Below, in pieces: positions 9,497-22,300 of a stretch of 64,000 nt of DNA (position 1 is its first letter; each line of letters begins with the position of its first letter). Under the pieces are notes generated by a model. The model searched no databases and was not told where the DNA came from. It saw nothing but the letters and a program-made list of their open reading frames with translations. Source of the stretch: an uncultured Gammaproteobacteria bacterium (GTDB taxonomy: Bacteria > Patescibacteriota > Patescibacteriia > UBA1558 > 2-01-FULL-52-15); contig CAZIOU010000002.1 in the NCBI GenBank assembly GCA_964540995.1, positions 43,750 through 107,749 on the forward strand, written 5' to 3'. The position numbers and the translations under genes were made by a program.

Positions 9497-10753
9497 CTAA
9501 TTTGCTCCTTCGATGACAAAATTTTTGGCAACCAATCTAACTTCCCGCAATCTAAATTCGGCTCTCGTCATATCAATGTAAGCCGCCTGATCCCAACCAG
9601 CTTCCGAACAAATCAAGTCTGCAATCATAGCGGTTTCAGCCGGTGAATAGTGTAACTTATCTTGGAGAATAAGCTGAAAGAACAAGACAGCGCTTACCAA
9701 CGTACTATCGGGTTGCCACAGGGACCTAGCTTGATCACTGAAACGGACACTTATGAAGCGGCGAACTATTCCAATGAAGCGCAGATCCGACGAGATAAAT
9801 GTCGCCAGCTGTTTACGCCGAGCTGCCAGTACCAAGGCAGCAATTACTCGATCTTTGTCCTCCACTCCTAGAGCTTCCCAAATAATGTCGGCTAAACGTC
9901 CAGCTTGATCGCCAATCTCAATCTCGATTCCAGACACACTAGCAGAGATACGAGACAGTAAATCTTGTCCGTAGGCGCGGTACTGGTCAGTGATTCGGGA
10001 TACGTCGACAGTGGATATGGAGGGTTGCTTCGGTTGATCGGCCACAGCTTCGACACTGCCGCTGCGAACCGTAACCCGACGACCGTCAATGCTGAAACGG
10101 GCCAACGTACCTTCACCGTAGGAACTAATAAAATTTAAAACATTAGCTTTGTCCTCTGGGGGTAGATTCTTGACATTGACACTACGGATCAAGTATTGGC
10201 TTCGGGCAAGTCCGTCTCTCATCGAAGGACCCATAGCACGAAGGAAATCTTTGAGCCAATTATCTATTGTTGGGTCTTCAACTGGTCCTTGTCCCAAATC
10301 AAGTGGTTGAGCGGTTAACCACAGAGAACGATTATCACCATGTTGCTGTAGGAATTCCTCGGCCGTCGCCACGATTGCACCGTCACTCATTGCTTCTGCA
10401 ACCGGTTGCGGCATTGATCCTTGGGGTAACTGTCCACCCAGACGTTGGATCAGAGTATCGACGCCAGGTAAGTATTGTCTCATGGACCACAATTTACGAG
10501 TAGCTATGGCCAAAGTTAAAGCCCGAATATCAACCGACCCTAAGTCAAGCTTTGATAAGGCAGCCGGCAAATCAATTACTTTCTGCTCGCCAGTGTAAAT
10601 AGTCAATAATACACCTAATACTAATCTCAAGCGTGAGCCGGATAAGTCAAAATCACGAGCAATCGAATCGTTAATTTCGACCGACCCTTCGTTAAATATC
10701 AAATCTTTAAATCCCTCAGGTAATGCCTGAAGTAATTTTGTGTTCACAGACAT
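9497..10753 (-). CDS. Hypothetical protein, last gene of T4SS-like block 2
   Basis: 418-aa ORF with an ATG start, separated by a 3-nt gap from the VirB6-like gene's stop. No motif recognised. Confidence 0.45.
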   Translation of the reverse strand: MSVNTKLLQALPEGFKDLIFNEGSVEINDSIARDFDLSGSRLRLVLGVLLTIYTGEQKVIDLPAALSKLDLGSVDIRALTLAIATRKLWSMRQYLPGVDTLIQRLGGQLPQGSMPQPVAEAMSDGAIVATAEEFLQQHGDNRSLWLTAQPLDLGQGPVEDPTIDNWLKDFLRAMGPSMRDGLARSQYLIRSVNVKNLPPEDKANVLNFISSYGEGTLARFSIDGRRVTVRSGSVEAVADQPKQPSISTVDVSRITDQYRAYGQDLLSRISASVSGIEIEIGDQAGRLADIIWEALGVEDKDRVIAALVLAARRKQLATFISSDLRFIGIVRRFISVRFSDQARSLWQPDSTLVSAVLFFQLILQDKLHYSPAETAMIADLICSEAGWDQAAYIDMTRAEFRLREVRLVAKNFVIEGAN

Positions 10754-10756
10754 AAA

Positions 10757-13336
10757 TTATCTCACATCATCGATAGGGGCTCCACCACGAGCTACCCTCT
10801 TGATATCATTTTCTTTTCGCTGTCGCTTCTCTTCCTCACTCGGTGCTTTGGGTGCTGGTTTGGGACGGGCTGTATCAGGTGTAGGCGTACTAGTTGAAGT
10901 CGTGGCTTCAGCATTGGTTGCCGTAGTACCTCCGCCCCGTGTGGCGTCACTAGCTGCCTCGGCTGAATCATATGGCCCATTGATAATCACTGTATCGTCT
11001 AACGGTCGTACTGTATCATTCTTCTTTTCATTCTCTTTTGACTTATCTTTATCAAGATCCTTGATATATTTTTCAAGTTTATCGAATGATTTTCCTTGTG
11101 TACCGACATTACTCAAATAATCATTTTTGAATAAGCTGGAGGCCAATTTTTGTTGCTCTTTTGCCAATGACTTTGCTGTCTCAAGCGTCGATTCCAAAGT
11201 TGTCAAAGCCGCGATCTTGGCTTTTTCAACCTTCGCCGGATCACCGCTTCGAGCCATATAAGTAAATTGCGACGGTGTCAGGTGTGGAGCTACCTGTTCA
11301 ATACTATCGTCATGTATTCCGGCTGCTTGTTCTGGGGTCAACTTACTTACCAAACTATGAAGTGGCATCAGCGCTTCACGTTTCTCTGAACCATCGTCAT
11401 TAGTACCGACGACCATCTCCTCATCAGATGCGTATTCAGTAATATGAGCACTATCAACCTTAGCCCCCAACTCTCGTATCTCACGCATCCGTTTAACGTC
11501 ATCTCCCTCATCAGCTATACCAACTGCTGCTTGAGTGGCGGTACCAAAATTTCCCTTTTCATTCTTTGTCATCTTGGTGGGCAAGGCAGCCAGCTGCTTA
11601 CCAGTAATACCGACATCGAGAGCGGTATGCATCAAATCACCAGTCCAATCCCAATGAACAGCGTTCTTCTCAAATTCGCCGGATGTATTAAGTGCTGCCA
11701 ATTTTTCTTTCTGTTTCTCCGGTGACAAGACATCGATATATTTCTTAGTGAACTCATTATAGTGGTCCGATACTGGGTCACCAGGGCCAGCACCCTTCAT
11801 GATATTGGCGGCTTTCTTACGTAAATCTTGTTTCTTTCTTGATTCTGCTTCGTAACGTTCATCATCATGTTTGATATCCGAAGCCACACTGAAATGTCCC
11901 CGTTTGTCTAAAGTCATAGCTGCCGCACGAGCTTCCTGCGCATTGACGCTGCCCATCTTACGCTCTAGTTCATTATCAGTTAATGAAGTCATTTGCTTCA
12001 TGAAATTACTAGTCTGCGCAGTCTGCATCTGACGATAAGCCGGGACTGCCTTCTGCAATATCTGGTCATAAGCGAAAGCTCCGGTGGCGTATTTCATCGG
12101 GCCGCTGGTGGCAACGCCGGCAATATCCTTAAACACCTTATTATCACCCACCCGTTTCACGGTCGCCAAAGCACCAGATCCCGCACGACCCAACGTACCA
12201 CCCAATAATTTATTGTCCGCCAAAGAAACACCACCGGCAATGCTACTACCGATACCTCGTGTGGCTGCCAATGCGCCCATACCGGCGGTAGCTGCAGCTC
12301 CAACTGCCATTCCCTTGAGCGCGCCACCAAGCTTACCTGACCATTTATTGGCCATAGCACCGCCAGCGACACTAAGCTCCTTAGCTACCGTCAGTCCGCC
12401 GATCAATAACGAGATACCAACCAAGAAACGAAGTATTGTTGCTACCAAGGGATTATTAGAAGGAGTCGGACAAGCCGTCTCACCAGTAACAGCGGCGGAG
12501 TCCGTCGCTTGATTGAGCTGGCCTTGTGCGCCCTCCTCTGTCTTCTGAATCGTAAAAGAAGAGTCCTGTCCCTTACCGGCGACAATTTGTGACAAACAAC
12601 CCGATGCAGTCGGTTGTTGAACTACAGAGAAGCTTAGCCAGAGGAAGAAAGCTAGTGCCGGTCCAACTGCTGTATAATTACCCAGCTCTTTCCACCACCG
12701 TTGATAGTAGGTAAATCCCGTCGGCCAAGCACTCAGTAAGAAGGCTATCGGTGCCAAGATAATAATGAAACCAAAAGCAATAATACGATACAAGAAGAGC
12801 AAGGTAATAATAACGATGACGATCAAAGCGATCACCATCATGATGCCGCCCAACATAATCTGAACAAAGACGGATAAACCGCCAACTACTTGCGCGCCAG
12901 CATTACCTTTCACTAACTGTAGAACAGGAGTTAGGCCAAGTAATTCCGGAAACCCAGCTTGGAGAGAATTTAGGAAGGCATTAACGAAGGCCAGAGTAAC
13001 CACCTGTGAAACTTCAATGAAAAATAAGGCGATTGATTTACTGAAGTTAATCAGGATCGCCATCAATACGAGACGTCGCAGATTCTGCTGATAACCATAA
13101 CGACCACTACGTAATATTGTACCCAACGCTATCACCAGTAAGACAATAATAAACAGCATGTTGCTGAAATCACGTGTCACCACCCAGCCGCGATTGATAA
13201 TGTCCTCGTTAGCAAAGTTCTGATAACTCAAGATAATAACTAAGATACGACTAACAATCGTAAGAGCCCAGCCGGGGATATAGATCCACAGCAAGTACCA
13301 AATATGCGATAAGACGTCAATTATTCCTGAAAACAT
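10757..13336 (-). CDS. VirB6/TrbL-like polytopic T4SS membrane protein with a long C-terminal extension
   Basis: The N-terminal 400 aa contain at least 6 TM helices, typical of TrbL/VirB6. After that comes a Gly/Ala-rich stretch (GAMANKWSGKLGGALKGMAVGAAATAGMGALAA) and a 350-aa charged C-terminal tail. Confidence 0.55.
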   Translation of the reverse strand: MFSGIIDVLSHIWYLLWIYIPGWALTIVSRILVIILSYQNFANEDIINRGWVVTRDFSNMLFIIVLLVIALGTILRSGRYGYQQNLRRLVLMAILINFSKSIALFFIEVSQVVTLAFVNAFLNSLQAGFPELLGLTPVLQLVKGNAGAQVVGGLSVFVQIMLGGIMMVIALIVIVIITLLFLYRIIAFGFIIILAPIAFLLSAWPTGFTYYQRWWKELGNYTAVGPALAFFLWLSFSVVQQPTASGCLSQIVAGKGQDSSFTIQKTEEGAQGQLNQATDSAAVTGETACPTPSNNPLVATILRFLVGISLLIGGLTVAKELSVAGGAMANKWSGKLGGALKGMAVGAAATAGMGALAATRGIGSSIAGGVSLADNKLLGGTLGRAGSGALATVKRVGDNKVFKDIAGVATSGPMKYATGAFAYDQILQKAVPAYRQMQTAQTSNFMKQMTSLTDNELERKMGSVNAQEARAAAMTLDKRGHFSVASDIKHDDERYEAESRKKQDLRKKAANIMKGAGPGDPVSDHYNEFTKKYIDVLSPEKQKEKLAALNTSGEFEKNAVHWDWTGDLMHTALDVGITGKQLAALPTKMTKNEKGNFGTATQAAVGIADEGDDVKRMREIRELGAKVDSAHITEYASDEEMVVGTNDDGSEKREALMPLHSLVSKLTPEQAAGIHDDSIEQVAPHLTPSQFTYMARSGDPAKVEKAKIAALTTLESTLETAKSLAKEQQKLASSLFKNDYLSNVGTQGKSFDKLEKYIKDLDKDKSKENEKKNDTVRPLDDTVIINGPYDSAEAASDATRGGGTTATNAEATTSTSTPTPDTARPKPAPKAPSEEEKRQRKENDIKRVARGGAPIDDVR

Positions 13337-13340
13337 GAAA

Positions 13341-16300
13341 TTAGGATTGTGGTTTCTTAATCTGAATCATCGAGTCATTGCTTGAGCCATAGAATATATA
13401 GCCTGCCTGATTACCTGCCGGCCCAGTACAACCCTGCCCCACCGGTCCCCAAGCAGTATTAGAACACCAACCCCAGTTATCCTGCACCCTGGCTCGTGGC
13501 CTATAACAGGCATAGCCAGCCGGACAACCGGAGATACCCGACGATGCGCCGTCAAAAGCTACATTATACTGATAGACATGGAAGTAGCTACGAATAGTCG
13601 GGTCACAGCCTTGTGATGTACCGGCAAAATCCATCGTCGTCTGGAAAGCTGGATTGGATACATTGGGACGGATTATTTGCGTCGGATCACAGACAGACCA
13701 ATTATTTTTATAATAACCGACATTGGCCTGACGCGATCCATCACCCCAATCAACTTCAATCGAACGCAATGGCATACGATCCTTATAAGCTGAAGCGTAG
13801 AAGGAAACCGTAGCCAACATAGTTGGACTTTGGTTCTCGATGATCGGACCAGAAGATTTATCATTGACCAAGAAATTACTGGTAGGGCCGAGATCGCAGG
13901 TTATGCTAGAAGCAGAGCAAACTGGTTGCGCAATAATCGGACCGAAGTCTGCCTGTGCATAGCGACTTGATCTCGATGCAGCTGCTATCTGATCCTTCTG
14001 ACTTTGCGGAATAGTCGTTCCATTGGCATTACGTACGGCAAAACTTTGTGACATACTAGCATCAAGTGGTAGCGCCTTTTCATCAATAGCCTGCGTCGAA
14101 CCAGCTATACAGGTTGGATCGGTGTCAGGGTTACATAACGGCTGATACGAATCTCGTATAGGCGTACAATAAGGTCGCTTGTCATTTCCGCCGTTAATAG
14201 AAACCTCTACTTGATTCGCGTATTTACAGATTGCATCGGGCGCTTGGCAAATTTCATTACCAGCATTTAGTCTCTGTCCTAGATTATTGGTTATAGCTGT
14301 TGCACAGCTCTGAACTCTCGTTAGTTGGTTAACTCCCGTTGTCGAAGTATCCGAGAAGTCCACACCAACACAGTACTGACCCTGTGCCGGAGCGCAGAAA
14401 GTCTTGGAATCATAAGCCTCGGCCAAAGCATCGCAATCATCGAATGAATGCGTACAGCTGATAACAGTGCACTTAGAGGCATCACGTGAGGAACAACAAC
14501 GCTGTGCTTGCATATTACAAGTTAAAGACTCACGGACCTGACACTGACTGCGGGCATCAACCTGAGGACGCTCACAGCTTGTCTGACCACAGGTAGCATT
14601 GGCCGGACAATCACTATCAGAAATACACAGCGCCTGATCCGATGAAGTGCACCGTTTGGCACATTGACCTTGACCAGTGGTACAGACAGCACAGCTTATC
14701 TCACTGGGTGATATAAGCTGATAGCAACCACCCGTAGTTAGATCCACTTGCCAGCCAGCCGGACAAGAGCTGCAAGATGTAGCAGTGCCCCAAGCGGAAT
14801 TGATACAGGTATTGGAAATCGTCTGACAGACATTACTCTTACTCTGATCAGTTGGATTATTACGATCATAACGCAAGGTGCACTCACCGTTAATGCTGCC
14901 AGTAGCACCACAACGATTACCACCGAAGGGTCCGCCACTACATACCGGATAAGCGCAGGACTCGCCAGCTTCAAAACGATAAATTCCAAATAATTTTTGG
15001 TAAATCTGCTTCAAGCGGTTAACACCTGTAACATACCATTCTTTAGTTTCTATGCTAGCCGAAGGAGAATCGCCAAATGAGGGATGAGTCCAACCCTTAA
15101 TATAGAGGTCGCTCTTACTATCTGACAAGAGTCGGCAATCTGCTTCGTCATTGGCACAAGCATACGGACTACCCGCTCGCGGCACCACTCCCCGATCCTG
15201 CACCGACAGAGCGCCGAATTGTTGCGGTACAAATCCTGATCCCGGCACCGCAGCGCCAAATGGCGTGTCATCACGATCAAGGGTATAGCCTTGGCCAGCA
15301 GTCTTGAGGCTGACGACGAAAGGCTTGCCATCAGGACGATAATTGGCCCAGAAGGAATTGGTCTTAGCAGCATTATCTCCTCGCTCATTTACAGCTGCTG
15401 TGAGGTACGTACACAAGGAACGTGGCCAACTTTCTGCTTGTATGAAATCACCGCGTGAGCCATCACAAGTACTGTTCGAGTTGGTACAAGAGAGATAGTC
15501 AGTGGACCCATTATATCGTCCTAAACAATGTTCTGAATATCCGATCCAAACATTATCATCTCTAACCCAACCCAATATGGTCGGATTATCAATACAGTTG
15601 GAAGTAATCTTATTGGTTACAGGATCTCGGTAAGCAGCGATAGGATATACATCATGGGCGTCGCCAGTATTATCCTTCCATGGAAGTATTATATGTTCTT
15701 CATGAGTCCATTCACCACCCATTCCGCCATTAGTTGCATTAGAGCTTGATAAACTACCATCACGATTCATCTTGCTATAGTAATCACCAACATCCTTAAG
15801 CTTCATCGGGGCCGTCCTCCAATGATACCTGTCTTCCACGAGCTGCATTTCCGTGCAGTAGTAGACCGGAGCTTTGAAATTATAGCCAGCGTCTCGATTC
15901 TGATTGAAATAATCAATACCACCGATGGCGTTATCAACTGGCAACCAAGAAAGACAAGCGTACTCTGACGATGAGCCATTGATAGATGATGATAGATCAG
16001 GCTCTAGACAATAGCCACCCCAATTGAGGAAAATATCGCTGCGTGATAAGTAGGTTGGATTACCACCAGGACACTGATCAGAAATCGAAGACTTCGTGTC
16101 GCTGTTGGATTCAATGACAGTACACGACCTGCCATCAAGGTTACCACCCTGACAGATACAAGAAGATATCTCTCCGCTACCCAAGGAAGCGTTGAGCGAA
16201 TAGAATCGAGTAGCCCCGCCGGAACCATACTGTAATTTGTAATATCCCACTTCACAGGAAGCTACCGCGCTATCACAAATATTAGCTTGTTGAAAACCAA

Positions 16301-19300
16301 ATTTGACTCGTCGTTGTTGACCAGTATTACTGGAAACGACGCTCTGCGGGAAAGGCGCTTCAGTTTCAGCAAATCCACGTGTGGTCGGCTTAATCACAAA
16401 TGGCGAAGTCAGGTCAAATCGACTGCCATCGATGCCATTGACACACAACGGGCTACCGCTGACACCGAAGATGGCACCTGTTGATTGACCTTTGCCATCC
16501 AGCGTACCGCATTTCAATTGACCATAGTTAGTGGCTAATTGGTTACATTCAGCTGTAGTACAATTCTCGGCACGAACCAAACGGAAATCAGGATTGGCCG
16601 CATCAGGACCATTCTTAGCGGCATTAATACTGACATCAACCAAACGTAGGTGATCTACTGGATAGCGATTAAAGAGTGAGTAGCCAGAATAATCCAGAGC
16701 GTCATAGCGGACATCGCGCGTCGTATAAGCTGAATAATCAACTTTGGAGGTACTCTCTGGTAACCAATGGGCACAGTTCAGACTGCCATTGTTGGAGCTA
16801 TACTGGTCGCAGAGCGCTACTTCGGTACAGATCTGACGCTGTGAATTGGTCTGGGTATCGAAGATCTGCGAGCTCGTCTTACAGGTTAACCATTCGGCAC
16901 ACTGACGATCACGGGAGACCTTGATGATACGATTAGCGTCATTGGTACATGCTCGCAGGATCGGATCGGCCGAGCTCGGATCGCAGACTACCGGACTGAC
17001 GCCTTTGCCATTGGCGCGTTCACTATAGAAATAAGTTAAGAAACTATTGTATTGTTTTACTGGATCATTAGGATCACTGAAGAGGATACAGCCCTCATTC
17101 TTGCTTACTTGACCATTACAGGAACTATCATCAATAGACTTATTATTGAGATAGAAATAGGACTGAGCCTTACGCAGACTTAGGTTGGAGAACTGCACTT
17201 CATTGGGCGTACTGTTGTTATCACAATCTCCTCCACTCGGACAATCCAGGGACAAACGGAACGTTGGTTCACACATAACCAATTCATCGCCTTGTGAGGC
17301 AGATCCCAGATCGGCAGTAGCCGTCAGTGTCTGAACCGTTGATTTATCTTGTATGTCAGCACCAGCATAAAATTCAGTCAGATGATCACGACGATTACCG
17401 CGGGAGTCAGTAGTGTCATAGCCAATAGCTAGATTACAGGTGTAGCCACTGGCACATTGAGTGTTGCTACTACATGGCGTCTGGGTCATATCAGTAGCTG
17501 ACTCACAGTAACCATCAGCCTTCTTATAACAAATTTCCTTGCCCGGACAATCACTATCAGTGATACAAGTATTAGCATAATCGACGATGGTGCCGTATTG
17601 GCTGTTGCCGCTTTCTACTACCGTGGCACAATAATCTTTGTCGTACGGACTATCCCAGAGACAGCGCATCACCACTTGAGCACTGGCTTTGCCTTGGGTG
17701 CCGACATTGAGATTCTTGACGGTGACATCAGCACTAATGGTATAGACGTCGGCGTTGTTGATCGGCTTAGCACCGAGGACATCTTTGGTAGTATTGAAGA
17801 AACGCTGGAAGATCAGAGCTAATCCATGCGGTTGTGATAATAAGGTTGCAGAGGCGGTCTGTGGATTAGCCACAAAGGTTTGATCGAGAGGCAAGGCGTT
17901 GCCACTAGACTGCCAGACTCCCCACTTGGCTTTGGGTCCTGTCGGATCGTTGAAAGTTGGATTGGATAAGAAATTATCTCCATTGGTAGCTTGTGTGTCG
18001 ATGAATTCGGAGCACTGATTCTGTGAACCAGGACACAGGCCGGCGGAATTATTGAATTGATTCTCGGCAGCAGTATAGATCTTATAGTCATCCAGTGGGG
18101 TGACATTGTCAGAATAACAGCCTACCGGTGACTTGCCGGCTTCCAAACTATCAGTCTGGAACCAGCCCGTCTGAATGACGCCATTAATACTAACACCGTC
18201 TTTGTAGGTACACGTACGATTGCCTGGATCACTATAATAATGAGACACACCATCACTGCCGGTATATTCCTGACAGTATAAACCCTCGTTCTTACACAGC
18301 TGATCACTATATTGATCAGGATCATTGATCTTGAATACCGTCTGATAGGATCTGACGTAGCGTGGATCTTGCTCCGGCAAATTGCGGTTAATGTTGGGTT
18401 TGCCGAGCGCCTGACAACCTTGGTATTTCGGTTCGCAGAATTTCTTACTATCGACTACGACGTATTCTAATGAATCTGCTGGTACGGTGACTTGTGACTT
18501 ATCGCCAGCGTTAAATACTTGTTCATAAGGATAGTTGGAGTTTTGGGTATTGATCACTGCCTGACAACCAACCGCCTCCTGACGACAGATCTGGGAGAAT
18601 GAGCGCAAAGCATAATTCTTGTTGTCGGTACCTTTGTACAACTGACAACCAAGGTTGGCACCAGCAAATGGCAGATCGCATGAGGCTGGTGTTTTCCAGC
18701 TATCACGGACCAAGAATAGATTAGAAACTGATTCTCGCAGAATGATGTTATCGATGAAGGTACCGCTGGCACTAGGAACCAAGGTTAAATTGGCTGCTTC
18801 CGGATTGACCACTTGATCAATCAACAATGGTCCGACTTTATACAGTTGCCAATCTCCAGCAGTAGCTACCGTAGTAACAGCAAATTGACATGGACCTTGA
18901 CCACATTTAGTCTGCGTTCCATTAGTATCGCCGAGGTAAGCTCGTAATTCGGCTCCGTTCTGACTGGTCTTGAGCCAGAAGCTTAGATAATATTCCCGAC
19001 CAGCAACCAACTGATTGCTCAAAGGATAGACTACGACTCCTGGTGCGGTGACAGCTAAAGAATGACCGCCAGAACTTGCTGCTTCGCTCGATAAAGCGAT
19101 TTTACCACTACCTTGGCCAGCCCATGGAGCATAGGTAGCGCGTCCTTCGAACGTATCGTTGATAATCGTACGAACATTACTACTCTGATTACCACGGAAT
19201 TCAGTACAACGTACATTGCTGGCGGAGCAACTGCGACTTTCGGACGCCAAGCCATTGTAGGTTTGATTACCGTCGCTGCGTCTGTAAGGATGACAATCAT

Positions 19301-22300
19301 TGGAAGCGAAGATGACCTTGTCTTGGAGACGGAAATAGGATTGGCCGGCGGTATCGAAGAATTCTCGACAATTAGGGTTGGTAGCCATGTCAGCTGCGGT
19401 ACAACTAGCCTGTGAAGCAGCAGTATCAGTACAAGTCGATCCACCATTAGCAATGGTGGTACACGGTCCTTGATCGGTCGCCAAATTACTCGGTAAAATC
19501 TGCCATGTCTTGACTTGGAAGCCACTAGTATCGCTACCTTCTAACGTATAGTAAGTAACTCCTTGGTCGGCTTTGACACATTGGCGTAGGAAACTAAAGT
19601 ACTTCTTGCCCTCTCCTCCAGCCGCAACTTCATCAAGATTGGTAAACTCGCTGCAACCAACTTCGGTAGCCGGACAAGCCTTGGCTGTCTTGGCGATGAA
19701 ATTAATTTGCTTGGCCGTTGCCGATGCGCCTTCGGCTAATTCAAAATTGGTCGGCAACTGTGCGTAGGTCTGATAGCCCACACATTCGGTCGGACAATAA
19801 TCGTTCTGACTGATGACTCCGGGGATTACCGCATCACCATTGGTTGGGCTATAGAGTGAACAGCCAACCTCCTGCGCCGTACATTGTGAACGCTGTCCCG
19901 ATAAATAAACCGTTCCTGACTGGCCATACGTTGTGTAGGCAGTAGCACGAGTGCCAAATTCTACTTTGACGCCGTCGATAAATAACGAGCCACAAGAAAC
20001 CTTGCTCTGTAATACGGCTAGAACTTGCGTATCAGGGACATCAACGCCAAACGTATACGTCAACTGATATCGCTGCCAGCTATCGGTATAGCTGACGTCC
20101 ACCGTACTGCCTGGCGCGGTGGCTGAAGAAATCGTCGCTTGAGTCTGACAGGCAGTAGTAGCTTTGGCGAACCAGGACAAAGTCATCGCTTTACCAGCAA
20201 CTTGACCGCTTAAGGCCGAGGTCGACAAACTGCCATCACCACTTATTCTAATACCGACCGGTCCGAATTGAGCCGCTTCATTTGAGGTGAACGTTTGTAA
20301 ACCATTACCAGTCCAGCCGACGAATGTATCGGCTTTGTCATCATTGATCCAATCAGGGTTACTGTAATCAGTCGAAGGGTTAGCTTGATAATCAGCGAAA
20401 TCGCTATTGGCTACCAAGTTAGCAGTAGCTGATGTTGGATTGATATATTCCTGACAGCCATCTGCTTCCGCCGGACAACTGGCAGCATTATTATTGAAAT
20501 AGATTCTGTCGGCTGGATTCCAGTCATAGTTCGGATCCGTCGCTGTGCCGAAATTGGTCTGACTCTTACTATACCAAGTACAACCAGCTTGCGAGGCGTC
20601 ACACGTAGCTAAGGTGTTGGTCAAATAGCTATATTTGGCGCCGTTATCACGACGCACCAGCACCTGACAAGAAGCATATTGCTCTTGGCATTGGGTACCA
20701 GCGAAGCGCCAGACATTGCGTTCTTTGGTACAGTAACCGTAGCCACTCTGACAGTTACCTTTGTCATCTTCTGATAGACAAGAGGGACGATCGACACAGA
20801 CTTGCTGACGTTGATTACTGTTGACATCTTCTAGAGACGGGCCACTAACGAGTGCTTTGCACTGAGTCAGAGGAGCAGCCAAGACCCAATCAGGGTCAAT
20901 CAGATGATAATAAATATTGGCCGCTGCATCCAAATCGCAATTACCATTATTTTCGAAACAATTAATCACTTGACCTAAAGTCACTGGTCGACCAACGGGA
21001 CTTAGCGCTGCGGCAATCTCCCAACCTAGTGGCAAAATACGATAGCTACGCATCTTACTGATATTGCTGTAGCAGTAGGAATTCTGATAGCACTTCTTAC
21101 CACCATTAATGGAAGAGTTAAGGTAGGAAACCAATGGCCAATTGGCGTGTAGATGACCACGGTCCAGAGCTTCGCGCACCGTCTCCCTATTGTTAATAGC
21201 GGTCACCAGTCCCGTATCAGTCGTACAGTTCAGTTGGCTAGCGATCCGTGTATCAGCCGGACAGGCGCCCATCTCGGAAACATAATCAAAGTTATCAATA
21301 GCTTGCACATCAACTGTGTTGAGATCAGCCAGAAGCTCCGAAGCAGACCCGAGACGTCGCAAATCAACTCGACTCCGCAACTTAGCTATCAAGCTGTCTC
21401 GTAAATTAGTGGATCCACTGTTGCTATTTAGATCAGCCAAAGACCACGATCCAGAGATAAACCGTTTCATCAAGCGAGACGTCAGTGTCTTGGTAAATAG
21501 TACGGCCGATTGCTTAAAAACATTTTCACTCTTAAGCAAACTAGCCTCGGCAATATAATCATTGATAGCATTCTCATGAAGATTCAATATCTGTTCACAA
21601 GTATGAGAAATGTCGTTGGACAAAGGTCGTTTAGCATCTATATAGCCGCGACACGTAGCTTCATTTAACTTAGCTAATTCCTGTTTGTCAGCTGCCTGCT
21701 GGCGAGCTAAATCATTTAATTTCAGGAAAGCGCCGATATCATTGTTCTTAGGATCAAGATATTCGGCAAAAAAATTGACTTTATCATCTGGACTCAAGTC
21801 GGATAAGGAGGCAGTCAACCAACGACCAGAGTTCAACGTCTGCCCGAACTGTTCCCAATTCTTCTGAACTTGCCGAATTTCACAACGTGGCTTAACAGAA
21901 GGCGGAGTAATATCATTGATAATACCTAAGCTAATACGGGCTTGAACATCGGCCGAAGGCTCACAAAGATCTAAACCAAGACCTTCGAAGTAACCGTCCG
22001 AAAGACGCCCGATAAATTCCCCGTAGGCCGTATCGCGAGCATCAGTCCAGACGCCCTCGAAGCTCTTGGTTCGGATAAAAGGTGTGCCGCCCACATTGCC
22101 TTCAGCAATATACTTGGCTGTATCGAGAGCGATACGATTGAGGGTCACTTGCAGGGTTGAAGTTAAGATATTGTAACCAATGGCCTGATTGACCTTATCA
22201 ATTTGCTTAGTAATCTTCTGCCAGATAGTCGCTTGACGGTCCTGCACTGGTATACCGCCAGGAGCAACGGCGCCAATCGTACCTAGTGCGCCCGAAAGAT

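Noticed and set aside
13367-21867. About 25 short ORFs (60-156 aa) on both strands inside the 9.1-kb giant gene
   Set aside because: All are embedded in or antisense to one uninterrupted 3028-codon frame, and all have skewed, low-complexity compositions typical of alternate-frame artefacts.
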